Shown here: piece after piece, positions 30,770-43,088 of the stretch
Layout of the letters: each line of letters opens with the position of its first letter
Position numbering within the stretch: position 1 is the first letter of the stretch
Assembly: GCA_014905635.1 (NCBI GenBank)
Contig: CM026547.1
Span: 1,736,001-1,800,000, forward strand
DNA from: Scenedesmus sp. PABB004
Taxonomy: Eukaryota
Length of the DNA stretch: 64,000 bases
Direction: 5' to 3'
Notes under the pieces: model-generated
Database searches by the model: none
Told to the model about the DNA's origin: nothing
What the model saw: only the letters and a program-made list of their open reading frames with translations
Made by a program: the position numbers and the translations under genes

Positions 30770-31108
30770 ATGCCGCGCGCAGGCGCCCTGGCGCTGCTGG
30801 CGGCGCTCGCGGCTTTCACGCTTGTCGCTGGCGCAGGTGTGTGCAGGCGCTGCGAGCCCGGGCATGCGCGGAGGGGGCAGGCGCCGGCAGCTCCTGCAGC
30901 TGGTGCCCGGCGCCCTCGCCCCACAGCGCCCGCCCCCGGCCCGCCCACACGCAGGCACTCCCGCAGCAGATGCCGCCGGCGAGGCGGCGCAGCAGGTGCG
31001 CGGCGGCGGCGGCGGCGGCGGGCGGGGCCGGCCGGGGCGCGGCGCGCCTGCTTACGGAGAGCCGCCCGCGCCACAGGTGCAGCCCACACTGCAGCCGCAG
31101 CCACACGC

Positions 31109-31144
<36 letters not shown>

Positions 31145-33750
31145 GTCTGGGGCGGCCCTGCCGGCGCTGCCAGACCTGGCGGGCCTCGGGCTCGAGCGGG
31201 TGACGCCGCCGGCAGCAGCAGCGCAGCCGCCGCTCGTCCGGGTCGCGAGCAGCCAGGAGCCGGTCCTGCTGGCGGACGGCGCGCCCCAGCAGCGCATCCT
31301 GGTGGCCGCCACGGCCGCGGCGGCGGCGGCGCAGCAGGCGGCCAAGCCCGCGGCGCCCGCCAAGCCCGCGGCGCCCGCCAAGCCCTCCGCGCCGGCGGCG
31401 AAGCCCGCCGCGTCGGCGGCCAAGGCCCCGCCGGCGGCCAAGCCGCCCGTGCCCGCGGCGGCGGGCCGCGGCACGGCGAGCGCGCGCGTCGCGATGACGG
31501 GGGGCGGCGCGGCGGCTCAGGAGGAGTACAACCCGGACTATTACGGCGAGGGCGAGTACGAGCAGCAGCCGAGCATCGCGCCCGGCGACCCCATCCTGCC
31601 GCCCACGACGCCCGCGCCGCCGCCGGCCGCGGCGCCGCCCCCGCCGGCCGGCGGCGGCGGCGACGCGCCGCTCTTTGTGGCGCCGGGCGCGACGTTCTCG
31701 GGCGTGACCGAGGTCAACGTCGACGCGCGCCTGCTGACCATCCCGCAGTCCTTCATGGGCATCAGGCGCGCGCCCGCCGCCGCCAAGAGAGGGCGGGAGG
31801 GGGGCACCCGCGCGCCGCGCGCCGCACCCGACTCCCGCGCCCGACGCCCGCCGCCCGACGCCCGACGCCTGGCGCCCGCGCCGCGCCTCGCCGCGCCGCG
31901 CAGCCACGAGTGGACGCACGTTGAGGAGCTGAACAACATTCCCGGCTACAAGGACATCCTGCGCCTGCTCACCTCGTACGGCAGCGGCCCGCTCAACATC
32001 CGCGTCGGCGGCGGCTCCACCGACAAGCAGGCCTACGTGTTCCCCCAATACGTCTACGACGCGCTGCGCCAGGTGCGCGGCACCGCGCGACACCGAGCGA
32101 GGGTGTAGGGCGCCCGGCCGCGGCGCGGCGAGGCGGCGCAGCGCCCGCGCGGGCAGCGGAGCGGAGCGGAGCGGGGCGGAGCGGCGGCGCCCATGCCCCG
32201 CCGCGCCGCGTGGCCCCCATAGGTGCACTATGACACCGGCGCGGTGTACATCCTGGGGCTCAACTTTGAGAAGCGCGACAAGCAGCTCGCGGCGGCGCAG
32301 ATGGCCGCCGCGCGCGCGGGCCTGCCGGCCGAGGCGATCCAGACGTTTGAGATTGGCAACGAGGTGCGGCGCGGCGCGCACGCGCCCCGGCGCGCGCGGC
32401 GGCGGCCCGCGGCGCGCACGCGGGCTTGGCTCCCTGCGGGTGCAGCGTCGCGCGGTCGCGCGCGGCGGGCGCCTGCCACGCCCAGGCAGCCGGCCGGCCC
32501 CGTACGCGCACCCACGCGCGCGCACGCGTGCGCCCGCGCCGCCCCGCAGCCCAACTTTTACGAGGGCACGCAGGACGGCTTGAGCGCGCTGCAGTACGTG
32601 CGCTGCTGCTTCATCTCCAACTGGGCCGACCACGCGCGCACGCTGTCGTGCCCGTCGGGGTCGGCGTCGTGCGTGGACAAGCAGTTTGCGGGGCCCGTGT
32701 GGGGCCACATCAACGTTTACCCCTCCACGCTCAAGTGGTTCCTCGAGTGAGCCCCGCGCGCACCGCCGCGCCGCGGCCACACCCCGCTCGCGCGCGCCGC
32801 GCCAGCGCGGCCGCCGGCCCCCGCCCGCCGCGGCCGCCCTCCTCCTCCCGCCCTGGCCCACCCTCCGTGCCGCCGCCGCGGCGCGCCCCCTCCCCTCTCC
32901 CCCGCGCGCTTGCAGCGTCAACGGCCGCTTTGTCAACCTCACGACCGTGCACTGGTACAAGGCGACCAAGGAGACGTACAACACGCCCGTGACGCTGCTC
33001 GAGGAGGCGCCCATCCGGCGCGAGATGGCCAACCTGCGCGCGCTCGTCGCGACGAGCGCGGGCTACAACATCCCGCTGCGCGTGGCCGAGATGAACACGA
33101 TCAGCAACAGCGGCCGCGTGGGCGTGTCAAACGTCTTTGCCGCCGCGCTGTGGACGCTCGACGGCGCGCTCGAGGTCGCCGCGGCGGGCGCTGTCGGCGT
33201 GAACTTGCACCAGGGCAGCGGCCAAAACCTGTACACCAGCATCCTCCGCTGGTACAACAACGGCGCGCTCAGCCCGCCCGTGCTGCGGCCGCCCTTCTAC
33301 GGCATGCTGCTCTTCCAGCAGGCCGTGCGCGGCGGCAGCCAGCTGCTCGCGCAGGCCGCCGTCGCGGGCGGCGACGCGGCGGGCGGCGGCGGGGGGCCGG
33401 CGATCAAGGTCTGGCCGCTGCGCGACGCGGCAGACGGCGAGCTGCGCGTCGTGCTGGTCAACAAACACCCGACCGCGGCGGGCAACCACACGGTCCGCGT
33501 CACGGCGGCGTGGGGCTACGACGCGGCCGGGACCCTCACGCGCCTCGTCGCGCGCGGCGACGACCCGCTGTCCGCCACGAGCGGCATCACCCTCGGAGGC
33601 CTCTACTACGCCGTCGGCGGCGTGCAGAAGGGCGCCGACGCGACCGAGAGCGTCGCGCTCACGCGCAGCGAGGGCATGGCCGCGTGGACGGTCTACATGC
33701 CGCCCGGCAGCGCCGCGATGCTGCGCGTCGAAAACATGGGCTCGCGCTGA
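30770..33750 (+). CDS. Secreted glycoside hydrolase family 79-like (beta-glucuronidase/heparanase-like) with Pro/Ala/Gln-rich N-terminal region
   Basis: Signal peptide MPRAGALALLAALAAFTLVAGA. Motifs IRVGGGSTD, FEIGNEPNFY (acid/base Glu), LRVAEMNTISNSGRVGVSNVFAAALWTLD (nucleophile Glu), RPPFYGML. Confidence 0.85.
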
Positions 33751-34302
33751 GGCGCCGCGCCGCGCCGCGCCGCGCGCCCGGACCGCGCCGGCCGGCGACG
33801 GCAGGGGGGGGGGGGGGAGGCAGCTAGCCAACCAATGCTCCAGATGCTCACCCAACACGTAGGGCTACTCCCAAACACGTAGTGCCGCCTGCAGCGCGGC
33901 GCACACGCGCCGCGCGCGCCCGGCGCGCCAGTGCTGCGCCGGCCGCGCGCGCGGCCGCAGCAGTGCGCCGCGCTGCGGGCGGCGCCGTGCTGCGCAAGCA
34001 CGGCGCCGGGGCAGGATCGACCCAGCCCTGGACGCGCCCGGGACTGGCGCGAGGGGCTGGGCTAGCCAGGGCTGTGGCTGGGCCGGGCGGCGCGGCCGAG
34101 GCAGCGGCTTCATTCCTTGGCGCGGCCGAGCACGCAGCGCAGGGTAGCGAAGCGCTGCGCCCGCAACGGGCGCCAGAACGGATGCGTGTGCATGCATCCG
34201 ATGTCGAGTCAACACGTCGCGGGGGAGGGCAGCGCTGCAGGGTGAGGTCTGGGCGCCGCTGCGGCGCGGTGCCAGCGAGGGGCGGGCGCGGATGTACATC
34301 TC

Positions 34303-34389
34303 TGTAACCCAAAAGCGGTCGTCCCCAACGGCGAGCGGCTCTCTCCCGCGGGCGGAACCAGCGAAAACCTCGGACCGAGCGGGCTTACA
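34303..34389. promoter_or_regulatory. Convergent pair of TGTAA poly(A) signals (+ 34303-34307; - 34385-34389)
   Basis: Lie between the convergent GH79 and sulfotransferase-like genes. Confidence 0.5.
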
Positions 34390-34883
34390 GCGGCCGCCGC
34401 GGGCGGCGGCCCCGCGGGCCGCGGGCTCGCGCGCCCCATCCGAATGGGTGTCCGCCTCAACCCCGGGAGCTGGCTGGCTGGTTCAGCCAGCCTGGCGGCG
34501 GCGGCTGCAATGCAGAGCACGGGGCGCGCGCAAGCGGGCGGGGCCCTCCGCGCGACGCGCGCCCATAGCGCAGCGGTGAGCATCAGCACACGTGTTGGAT
34601 GCCCTGCTCCCTCTTGTGGTTGCGCAAGTGATGGCGGCACGCTGGTGCCATGCACAGTTCAGGCCCGCCGCCACACAGTGCTGTGCTTGGCCCGCCCACC
34701 AGGGTGCCCCGGCCAGACGTTTGCTGCAGGCGCGGCATCAGCACACGGCCGCGCTGCGCCCGGTACACACACGCTCCCCGCCGCCCTCTGTGCACGCTGG
34801 ACGGGCGCGCGGGCGCGGGGCGCCCGCCGCACCCCGGGCGCGCGCGCGCCGGCGCGCGCGCGCCCGGCCGCCGCCGGCGCGAG

Positions 34884-37754
34884 CTAGCTCGCCCACGGCT
34901 CGGCGCTCGCGGGCGCGCCCGCCGCGTCGAGCATCGGCGCCGCCGCCGCGTCGCCGAGGGGCATCATGCCGCTGAAGCCGCACGCGGTGAAGGTGCTGGC
35001 CAGGGCCTGCATGCGCTTGCGGTAGTGGTGGCTCGCCAGCAGCGCCTGCACCCACGTGGCGTCGAGGTCCAGCAGCAGGTCTGCCGTCTCCACGAGGCGC
35101 GCGTCGAGCGCGGTCAGCGCCTCCAGGCGGGCCATGTCGGCCGACGTGAAGGCAAAGCCGTGCCGCGGGAACGCGTGCCAGAGCTCGCCGACGCCGCCGC
35201 CGCCAAGGCCGCTGCCGCCGCCACTGCTGGCGCTGCTGCCGCCACCGCCGCCGCCGCTGCTGCCGCCACTGCTGCTGCCGTCACTGCTGCCGCCGCTGCC
35301 ACCGCTGCCGCCGCCGCTGCCGCCCTCCTGCTGTCCGGCCGGCGGCAGCACCAGGACCAGGTGCGCGCCGTGGGAGTCCAGCGTCTGCATGTGCCGCACC
35401 TCGGGCGCCGCCGGCAGCCGCCCCGCGGCTGCGGTGACGTTGGGGAAGCCCAGCTCCGCGGCCGCGCGCTCCTTCCAGCTAGCGCTGACGAGCGACAGCG
35501 CCGCCGCGGCCTCGAGCACCCCGCGCGGCACCGACGGCGGCGGCGGCGGCGGCGGCGGCAGCGGCGGGGCGTGCGACCGCGCGTAGAACGCGGCCGCGGC
35601 GGCATCAAACTCCTCGTCCGACACCGCGACCCCGCCGTCGCTGTCGTCGTCATCCTCCTCCTCCTCATAGTCGCCGTCGTCGCTGGACCAGCGCGGCGGC
35701 GACCGCGGCGGCGCCGCGGCGGGCGGCGCGCGCGGCGACTGGCCCACCAGCGCCGCGAGCAGGCCGCCGACCCCCGAGCCCGCGCCCGGCGCCGGCAGCA
35801 GCCACTTGCCCAGCCGCGTCGCCGGCGGCGTGCTGCCGCCGCCGCCGCTGCGACCGCTGCTGCCGCTGCCGCTGCCGCCGCCGCCGCCGCCGCGGTCCCC
35901 AGCGGGCTCCGGCGCGGCGGCGGTCGCGTGCGGCCAGTCGCCCTGGTCAAAGCTGAACATCGAGAGGCTGCCCGGCGCGCCCGCGTCCGGCGCGGCGATG
36001 AGCTGCCGCCGCGGCTCGAGCTCCTTGACGCGCGACGGGGGCTGCGCGCTGAACTTGCGCGCGGGCCAGCCGAGCAGCGCCGCGACGAGGAGGTCGATGT
36101 GGCGGGGGCGGTCGAGGGTCATGACCAGGTCAAAGCCCAGCAGCGCCTCGGTCGCGGCGCCCAGGTCGGGCGCGCTCGTGTTGGCCGCGCTGCGGCAGAA
36201 CGCCTCGCGCCCGACCAGCGTGCGCGTCGCGTAGTTGCCGACGAGCGCGGGGCCGAGCGTCTCCCACCAGGTCAGGTTCCACCCGGGCGGCGCCCAGGCC
36301 GTGATGTTGTGCCACGTGCGCAGCTGGCGCACGTAGCGGAACTTGACCTCCGCCAGCAGGCTGACCACGTGCGGCACGGGCTGGCGCAGGATGATGGCGT
36401 TGGTGAACTGCGGGCACACCTGCGCGGCACGCGCGGCACGGCAGCAGGCGCGCGGGGGCGGGCGGCAGACTCGACGTCGGCGGCCGCGCGGCGGCGCCGC
36501 GACCGCCTCGCCGCCCCGCCTGCCGCCGCCGGCGCCGCCGGCACTGCTTGCGGCCCCCTCGGCCGCCCGCCGGGTTGGGGGCCCCGAGCGCCGCCGCCGC
36601 GCCACGCACCCGGCTCGCGCCCGCCTCGAGCGACAGCGTGCGCTCGTTGGCCAGGAACGTGCTGCGGCTGTCCTGCACCTGCTTGGCGCGCGCGGCGCAG
36701 GTGTAGGGCCGGCCCTTCTGCTGGTGGGGGCAGCCGTACATCAGCCACATCGGCAGCCCCGCCGGCTCGGTGGAGAAGTTGCGCGCGATCGCGGCGCGCT
36801 GCATCAGGCTGAGGCCGGCCCCCGAGAACGGCGGCGCGGGCACGTCCAGCGCGCCGAGCGTGGCGTTGGGGAACGCGCCGCTCGCGTTCACGTTGTGCGC
36901 GACCATCCAGATGGGCCCGTCCAGGCTGCGGCGGCGCGCGGTCGCGCGGTCGGCCAACCGCGGGCGCGCGCGCGCGCTGCGCGTCGGTGCGTGGCGCCGC
37001 GCCGCGCCGCGGCCGGCGCGCCCGCACCTGCTGTCGAGCACGCAGTTGCGCTCCTGGTCCATGGAGGGGTTGCTGCAGCGGTTGCTGGCCGCGAGCTGGC
37101 ACATCGTCGTGCCGCCGCACTTGCTGATGTGGTGGAAGCTCACCGCGCGGCCCTTGGCGCGGTTGCTGTGGTGCACGTACAGCCTGCGGCGGCGGCCCGC
37201 GCCCGCTCAGCCCCTCGTCCGGACCTTGACCGGGCAGCCCTGCTCGCCGAGCTCCGCGCTCGCGCCCGCGCCGCGCCGCCGCCGCCGCCGCACCTGAACA
37301 GCGTGCTCAGCACGCTCGCCTGCAGGTGGCTCGCGCTCCAGCTGAACATGCGGCTGCGCTGCAGCATCCACACCGCCGCCACGTAGCTGCGCCGCACCAC
37401 GGGGTGGTACGCCGCGTCGCGGTCGTCCTGCAGCAGCTGGTTGACGCTTTTGCCCAGGCTGCGCAGCAGCGCGACCGCCTCGAAGTAGTCCCAGCAGCGC
37501 TTGCAGGACGGCCGCAGCAGGCGCTGCAGCTGGACCGTGTAGGCCGCCAGCGCGGGGTCGTCCTGCGCCACCGCCCGGCCCTGCAGCCACGCCACGCTGG
37601 TGGCCAGCAGGCCCTGGAGCTGGCCGTCCAGCACCGTCCGGTTGGCGGCGCCCGCGAGGGCGTCGAAGCCGCTGCACGCGCCGGGAGATGGAGACAGCGC
37701 CAGCAGGCTGGCCAGCAGCAGCAACGCTGCCGCGGCCGCCCCGCGGGCCGGCAT
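34884..37754 (-). CDS. Secreted/Golgi sulfotransferase-like protein
   Basis: Signal peptide. FHHISKCGGTTM resembles the 5'-PAPS-binding loop and IILRQPVPHVVS resembles the 3'-PB motif. Also GNYATRTL and LDARLVETA. Confidence 0.7.
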
Positions 37755-38108
37755 CCCGCGCGCGGGCAGCAGAGCGCGGGCTGCCGCCTACATGCGCGCG
37801 CGCGCCGCAACGCGAGCTCGCAGCTGCCGAATCGGGCTGATATGGGCCTACGCGTCGCCTGCCGGGCGGTGGGTCCCGGGCGCGGCGTGGGCGCGGCAGG
37901 CGGTAGGCTCCCGCGCCGCGAATAACACGCCGCGCGAGGTCCCTCGACGAGCTCCCCCAGCTCTCGGAAAGGCTTTATGCGAGCCCGTAAAGCAGTGAGC
38001 GAAGCTGCAGCGAGCGGCGGCGGTCGCTGCGCACGCGGACGGCGGTGCCGGCGCTGGCGGCGGGCCAGCGATCTCAACACGTTTCCACGCACGCTGCTCT
38101 TGCGCGCC

Positions 38109-39698
38109 TCAGTCGCTGTCGAACAGCTCCCACGGCGCCGCCTCCTTGGACGGCCGCGGCTTCTTGCCGCCGCCGCCGGCGCCGCGCTTGCTGGCGGGAG
38201 GCTTGGGTGCCTTGGCCCTGGCGCAGCCGCCGCCTGCGCCGCCGCCGCGCTTGGCCCTGCCCCGCCCGGCGGCCTTGCCGCCGCGCTTGCCCGCGACCCC
38301 GCCGGCGGCGCGCTTGGCGCCTCGGCCCCGGCCCGGCCGCCGCGCGGCGCCCGGCGCGCCCTGCAGCGCGGCGCCCCACCCCGGGTCGTCAGCGTCCGAG
38401 AGCTCCAGCGCGAGCGCGGCGCCGTCCGTCATCCAGTCGCCGCCGGCGCCGGCGCCGCCCTCGCCCGCCGCCGTGGCAGTGTAGCTGTCGAACAGGCGCT
38501 CGACGTGCGCCGCGCCGCCCCCGGGCGCGCTGGCGATGCGCACCACCGCCGCGGTGCCGGCCAGGGGCCGCACCTGCCCCGCGAGCAGCATGCCTTTCAC
38601 GTCGAGCGACACTGACGCCGCCTCGCCCGCCGCCTCGCGCTCCGCCTCCTGCTCGCCCTCGCTGCTGCTGGCGTCGCTCGCGGCGTCGCCCGAGTCGTCG
38701 TCGTCGTCGTCGTGGCCGCCGCCGCCGCCGCGGCCGCGCTTTGCGCCGCTGAGCCTGCTGGCCAGCCGCGCGGCGGCCGAGCCGCCGGCGTGCGGCACGC
38801 GGCTGGCCACCACGCGGCCGATCGCCCCCACGTCGCCGGACGCGTCAAAGGACGGCGGCAGCTCGACCAGCAGCACGCGCTCCTGGAGGCGCCGCAGGCT
38901 GGCCGGCGCGGGCGCGAACAGGCGCACGTGCCCCGCGGGCGGCGGCGGCAGCCCGGCCCCGCCCGCGGCAGCCGCTGCGCCGTCGCGCTTCTTGGGGAGC
39001 CCGCCGCCGCCCGCCGCCGGCACGGCGGCGCGGCCGACGCCTGCGGAAGGGCTGCGCGGCAGGCTGCGCGGCGCCGACGCAGGCTCGGGCGCCGCGCACC
39101 TGCCCGCCGCGCCGGGCAGCGCCGCGCGTGCGGCGCCCGCCGCCGGCCTGCCGCGGCCCCGGCCGCCGCCACCGCCGCCGCTGTCTGCGCCGCTGCCGTC
39201 GCTGCCGCTGCTGGCGCCGCTGCCCTCCGCGCTGCTGCCTTCGTCGCCGCCCTCGTCGCCCGACCAGATGCTGCCGCTGTCGGCGCTGGCGCTCGGCGGC
39301 CCCTCGTCCTCGTCGCTGCCGTCGCTGGCCTCGGCCTTGGCGCGGCCCGGCTGTGCGGCGCCGACGCGCGCGCTCGACACCCCGAGCGGCGCGCGCAGGC
39401 CGCTGGGGCGTGCGCCGGCGCCGGGGGCGCCGCGCCCGGCGGTGCTGCCGGCGCCGGCCGGCGCGCGAACGTCTTGCCGCCCGCGCGCGGCGACGGTGCG
39501 CCGCGCCCCAGCGCGCCAAACAGGCTTGGCACCAGCGTCAGCGGAGCTGCGGGCGGAGGGCAGCGCGTGTGGGCGCGCAGCAGCGGCCGCGCCGCGCCGC
39601 GCCGCGCCGCGCCGCGCCGCGCACGCACCGGGAGCCGGCAGCCCGCCCCCTGGGTCGTCCTCGAGCCCGTGCTCCGCGCCACCGCGGAACAGGTCCAT
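38109..39698 (-). CDS. BIN4: BIN4-like DNA-binding protein (topoisomerase VI accessory subunit)
   Basis: LLVEL..FDASGDVGAIGRVV..VSLDVKGMLL..AHVERLFDSY matches the plant BIN4 C-terminal domain pattern (DLSGDxGAVGR / LDLKG) from recall. Basic Lys/Arg tail. Confidence 0.65.
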   Translation of the reverse strand: MDLFRGGAEHGLEDDPGGGLPAPGACAARRGAARRGAAAAARPHALPSARSSADAGAKPVWRAGARRTVAARGRQDVRAPAGAGSTAGRGAPGAGARPSGLRAPLGVSSARVGAAQPGRAKAEASDGSDEDEGPPSASADSGSIWSGDEGGDEGSSAEGSGASSGSDGSGADSGGGGGGRGRGRPAAGAARAALPGAAGRCAAPEPASAPRSLPRSPSAGVGRAAVPAAGGGGLPKKRDGAAAAAGGAGLPPPPAGHVRLFAPAPASLRRLQERVLLVELPPSFDASGDVGAIGRVVASRVPHAGGSAAARLASRLSGAKRGRGGGGGHDDDDDDSGDAASDASSSEGEQEAEREAAGEAASVSLDVKGMLLAGQVRPLAGTAAVVRIASAPGGGAAHVERLFDSYTATAAGEGGAGAGGDWMTDGAALALELSDADDPGWGAALQGAPGAARRPGRGRGAKRAAGGVAGKRGGKAAGRGRAKRGGGAGGGCARAKAPKPPASKRGAGGGGKKPRPSKEAAPWELFDSD

Positions 39699-39915
39699 GC
39701 TGCGCGGCTGCTGCGCTGGCGCCGCGCGTGCGCTGTGGCGTGCGTGCTCCGTCGATCGCGCGGCGGCGGCGGCGGCGGCTGCAGACGGGCTAGTGTCGTG
39801 CGCGCCGCGCTCGGCCGCGCGAGTGAGCGCGGCGGCGCCGGCGGCGCACGGGGTTCAGCGCGGGCGTCGGGGCGGCGCGTGTTACAGCGCCGCGCGAAGT
39901 GCGACCCCCGCCTCC

Positions 39916-40567
39916 TCACAGCACGTGGCACTGCAGCGCCTGGTACGCCTTGTGCGCGCGCTGGAACGCAAGAGATGCGTCGGGCGCGCTGCACTTGTCG
40001 GGGTGCAGCCGCACCGCCATCTCCCGGTACGCGCGCTTCAGCGCCGCGCCGTCGCAGCCGGGGCGCAGGCCCAGCACGTCGTAGTCGCTCACAGCGCGCA
40101 GCACGCGCGCCACCTCGGCCGCGTCCGCGCCGCCGCCGCCGCCGCCGCCGCCGGCCGCAGTGCGCGCCGCGGCGGCGTCCTTTGCCGCCGCGTCGCGCGC
40201 CGCGGCGGCGCTGGCAAAGGCGGAGCCGAACGCGCTGTTCAGCCGGCTCTTGCGCGCCTCGAGCTCCGCCTGCGCAGCCTGCGCGGCCGCCTTGGCCTCC
40301 GCCGCGGCGCGCGCTGCCTCCTGCTTGGCCTGCTGCTGCTGGATGCGCGCCCGCAGCGCCGCGAGCTCCGCCTCCTTGGCCGACAGCGCGGCCTCCGCCG
40401 CCGCCGCCTCGTCCGCGACGGACGGCCTGGCGGCCGCGGCGGACGGCCCCCGGCCGCCGGGGTGCTGCCGGCCGCGGCCCCTGCCGGCGCCTGGGTGGCC
40501 GCCCCGCCTGCCGCCCCGCCCGCCGGCGCGGCCACCGCCGACACGGCCACCGTCGCCGCGGCCAGGC

Positions 40568-40606
<39 letters not shown>

Positions 40607-41090
40607 GCGGGCGCCGCGCCGTCAGCGGCAGCAGCTGTTGCTGCTGCCGCGGCCGGCGGGCCGCGCCCGCCGCCGGGCCCCCGCCCCCGGCCGCCGGGGT
40701 GACGACCGCCACCGGCCCTGCCGCCTGCGACGCCGCCCCGGCCCGGGGCCCGGCCGCCGTGCGCTGGCGGCTGCCGCGGCGGCGCGCCTGCGCTCGCGGC
40801 GCAGCGGGGCAGCGGCGGCGGGTGAGCGGCGCTCGCGGCGGCCCGAGCGCCTTGGCGGCGCGGCGTCTTGGCGGCGCGGCGCCCTCACCTGTCGGGCCAG
40901 CGGCCGCTGCACCCGCTGGCTGGCCGCCTGTCGCCGGCTGCGGCGCGGCACGCGCCTGGCCGCCCGCAGCAGCGGCGGCGTCGCTGTCGGGCCGCGGCCG
41001 CTTGCTGGGCGGCGCCGCTGCCGCCGGGGCTGCAGCAGGCGCCGAGCCCTTGGGCTCCCCCGCCGCGTCGCGCTTCCATTGGATGCCCAT
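39916..41090 (-). CDS. DnaJ (J-domain) protein with C-terminal J domain
   Basis: DYDVLGL..LKRAYREMAVRLHPDKC..AFQRAHKAYQAL. Start MGIQWKRD. TGTAA on the minus strand at 39882-39886. Confidence 0.85.
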
Positions 41091-41410
41091 GCGCGCGGCT
41101 GCTGCGGAGCAGTGCGGCGGCGCCGGCGCCCCCGCGAGCGCTGCCCGACCCGCGCAGTCGCTGCGAACGAGCGACGGATGTGCCCAGTTGTCCTGGGGTG
41201 GCCACCGAGCTGCTGCTCGGCGGCTGCGGCGCGGCTGGCGCTGCGGGCGGCGGCGTGGGCGGCGCTGCGGCACTCTGCCCGCTCCCCGCTCTCGCTCAAG
41301 GCCGCGTGCGTGTGCCGGTGGCTGCCAGCGAGCTCCCAAGCTGCCGGCGTGGGTAGCAGGCAGCGTGAAAACCCCGGCTCGTCACACGCGCGCTGCGCCC
41401 TGCGCCCTGG

Positions 41411-43026
41411 TCACGACGCGGCCGGCGCAGCCTCGCCACCGCCGCTTCCCCCGGCCCCGTTGCCGCCGTCGCCGTTGGCCGCGCCACCGCCGCCGCCGCC
41501 GCCGCCGCCGCCGGCCTTGGCGTCCGCGCGCACCGCGACGTGCAGCTCCGCGAGCTGCGCGCCGTCGACGGCCGCGGGCGCGCGCGTGAGCGCGCACGTC
41601 GCCTGCGCGGTCTTGGGGAAGGCGATGACGTCACGTATGCTCGGCGCGCCCGCAAAGAGCATGGCGAGGCGGTCGAGGCCGAACGCGATGCCGCCGTGGG
41701 GCGGCGCGCCGAGGTCAAAGGCGTCCAGCAGGTACCCAAACTTGGCCTCCGCCTGCGCCGGCGACAGCCCGATCGCCTCAAACACAGCCGCCTGCACGTC
41801 GCGCCTGCGCGGCGGCGGCGCAGCGCAGCGCGGGGGCGCAGCGGGCGGGCGGCGTGAGCGGCGCGCGCCCAGCGCGCGGGCGGCGCGCGGGCGGCATGGC
41901 GCCGCCCCGCCGCCCCCGTGTGGCCGCGCCTGTAGATGCGCAGGCTGCCGCCGCCGATCTCCACGCCGTTGTACACCATGTCATACGCGAGCGCGCGCGC
42001 GCCGCGCAGGTCGCCGCCCGCGGCCGCGACGTCGTCGGGGCGCGGCGCGGTGAACGGGTGGTGCAGCGCCTCGAGTCGGCCCTCGTCGGCGTTCCACTCA
42101 AACATAGGCCAGTCCGTCACCCAGAGCAGCGCGTGCGCGCCGGGCGGGACGAGGCCGAGCTCGCGCGCGAGGTGCTGGCGCACGCGGTCGAGCGCCTTGT
42201 TCACGGTCGGCGCGGGCCCGGCGGCAAAGAGCAGCAGGTCGCCCTGGCGGCGGCGCGGCGGCGGCGGCGGCGGCGGCGCCGGCAGAGTCAGCGCGGCGGC
42301 GGCGGCGGCGCGGCGGGCCGCGCGGCGGTCGACCCGCGCGCGCGCGCACCTCCTGCGCCTGCGTTGCCGCGAGCAGCGCCGCGACCTGCGGCTCGGTGAG
42401 CCCCTCCTTGATGGGCTTGGCCGCCTCGATCGACCCGCCCGGCCCGACGCGCAGGAACGCGAGCCCCGCCGCGCCTGTGGCCGCGGCGGGTGCGGCGGTG
42501 GCGGCGGCGGCGGCGGCAGGGGGCGGCGGCGGCGGCGACGGCAGCGGGCGCGCGTGGGCGGCGCCCGGCCCCGCGCGCGCGCGGGTGCACCGCGCTGCGC
42601 GCCGCGCGGCGCCCCCGCGCACCGGCGTCCACCGCCTCGCGCACGACGTCGCCCTTGGGCGGCTTGAGCCGGCTGTTGCTCACGCGGCCGCCGTCGGGCA
42701 CGCGCAGCGCCTTGACTGTGCCGCCCTCTTCCGCCAGCGCGGCCGCAAACACGCGGAACGCGCAGCCCTCCACCGCGGCGCTCACGGTCGCGAGCTCAAG
42801 CCCGTACCTGGCCGGCGGCGGCGGCGCGGGGGGCGGGCGCTGCAGTGTGGGCACGGCACGTGCCACACGCGCCGCGCGAGGCGCATGCGCCGCGCGGGCG
42901 CGCGGCGGCCCGCGCGGCGCCCTCACCGCAGGTCGGGCTTGTCGCTGCCGTAGCGCTCCATCGCCTCGACGTACGTCAGCCGCGGCAGCGGCAGCGACAC
43001 CTGCGCCACATGCGGGCGGTCAGGCT

Positions 43027-43088
<62 letters not shown>

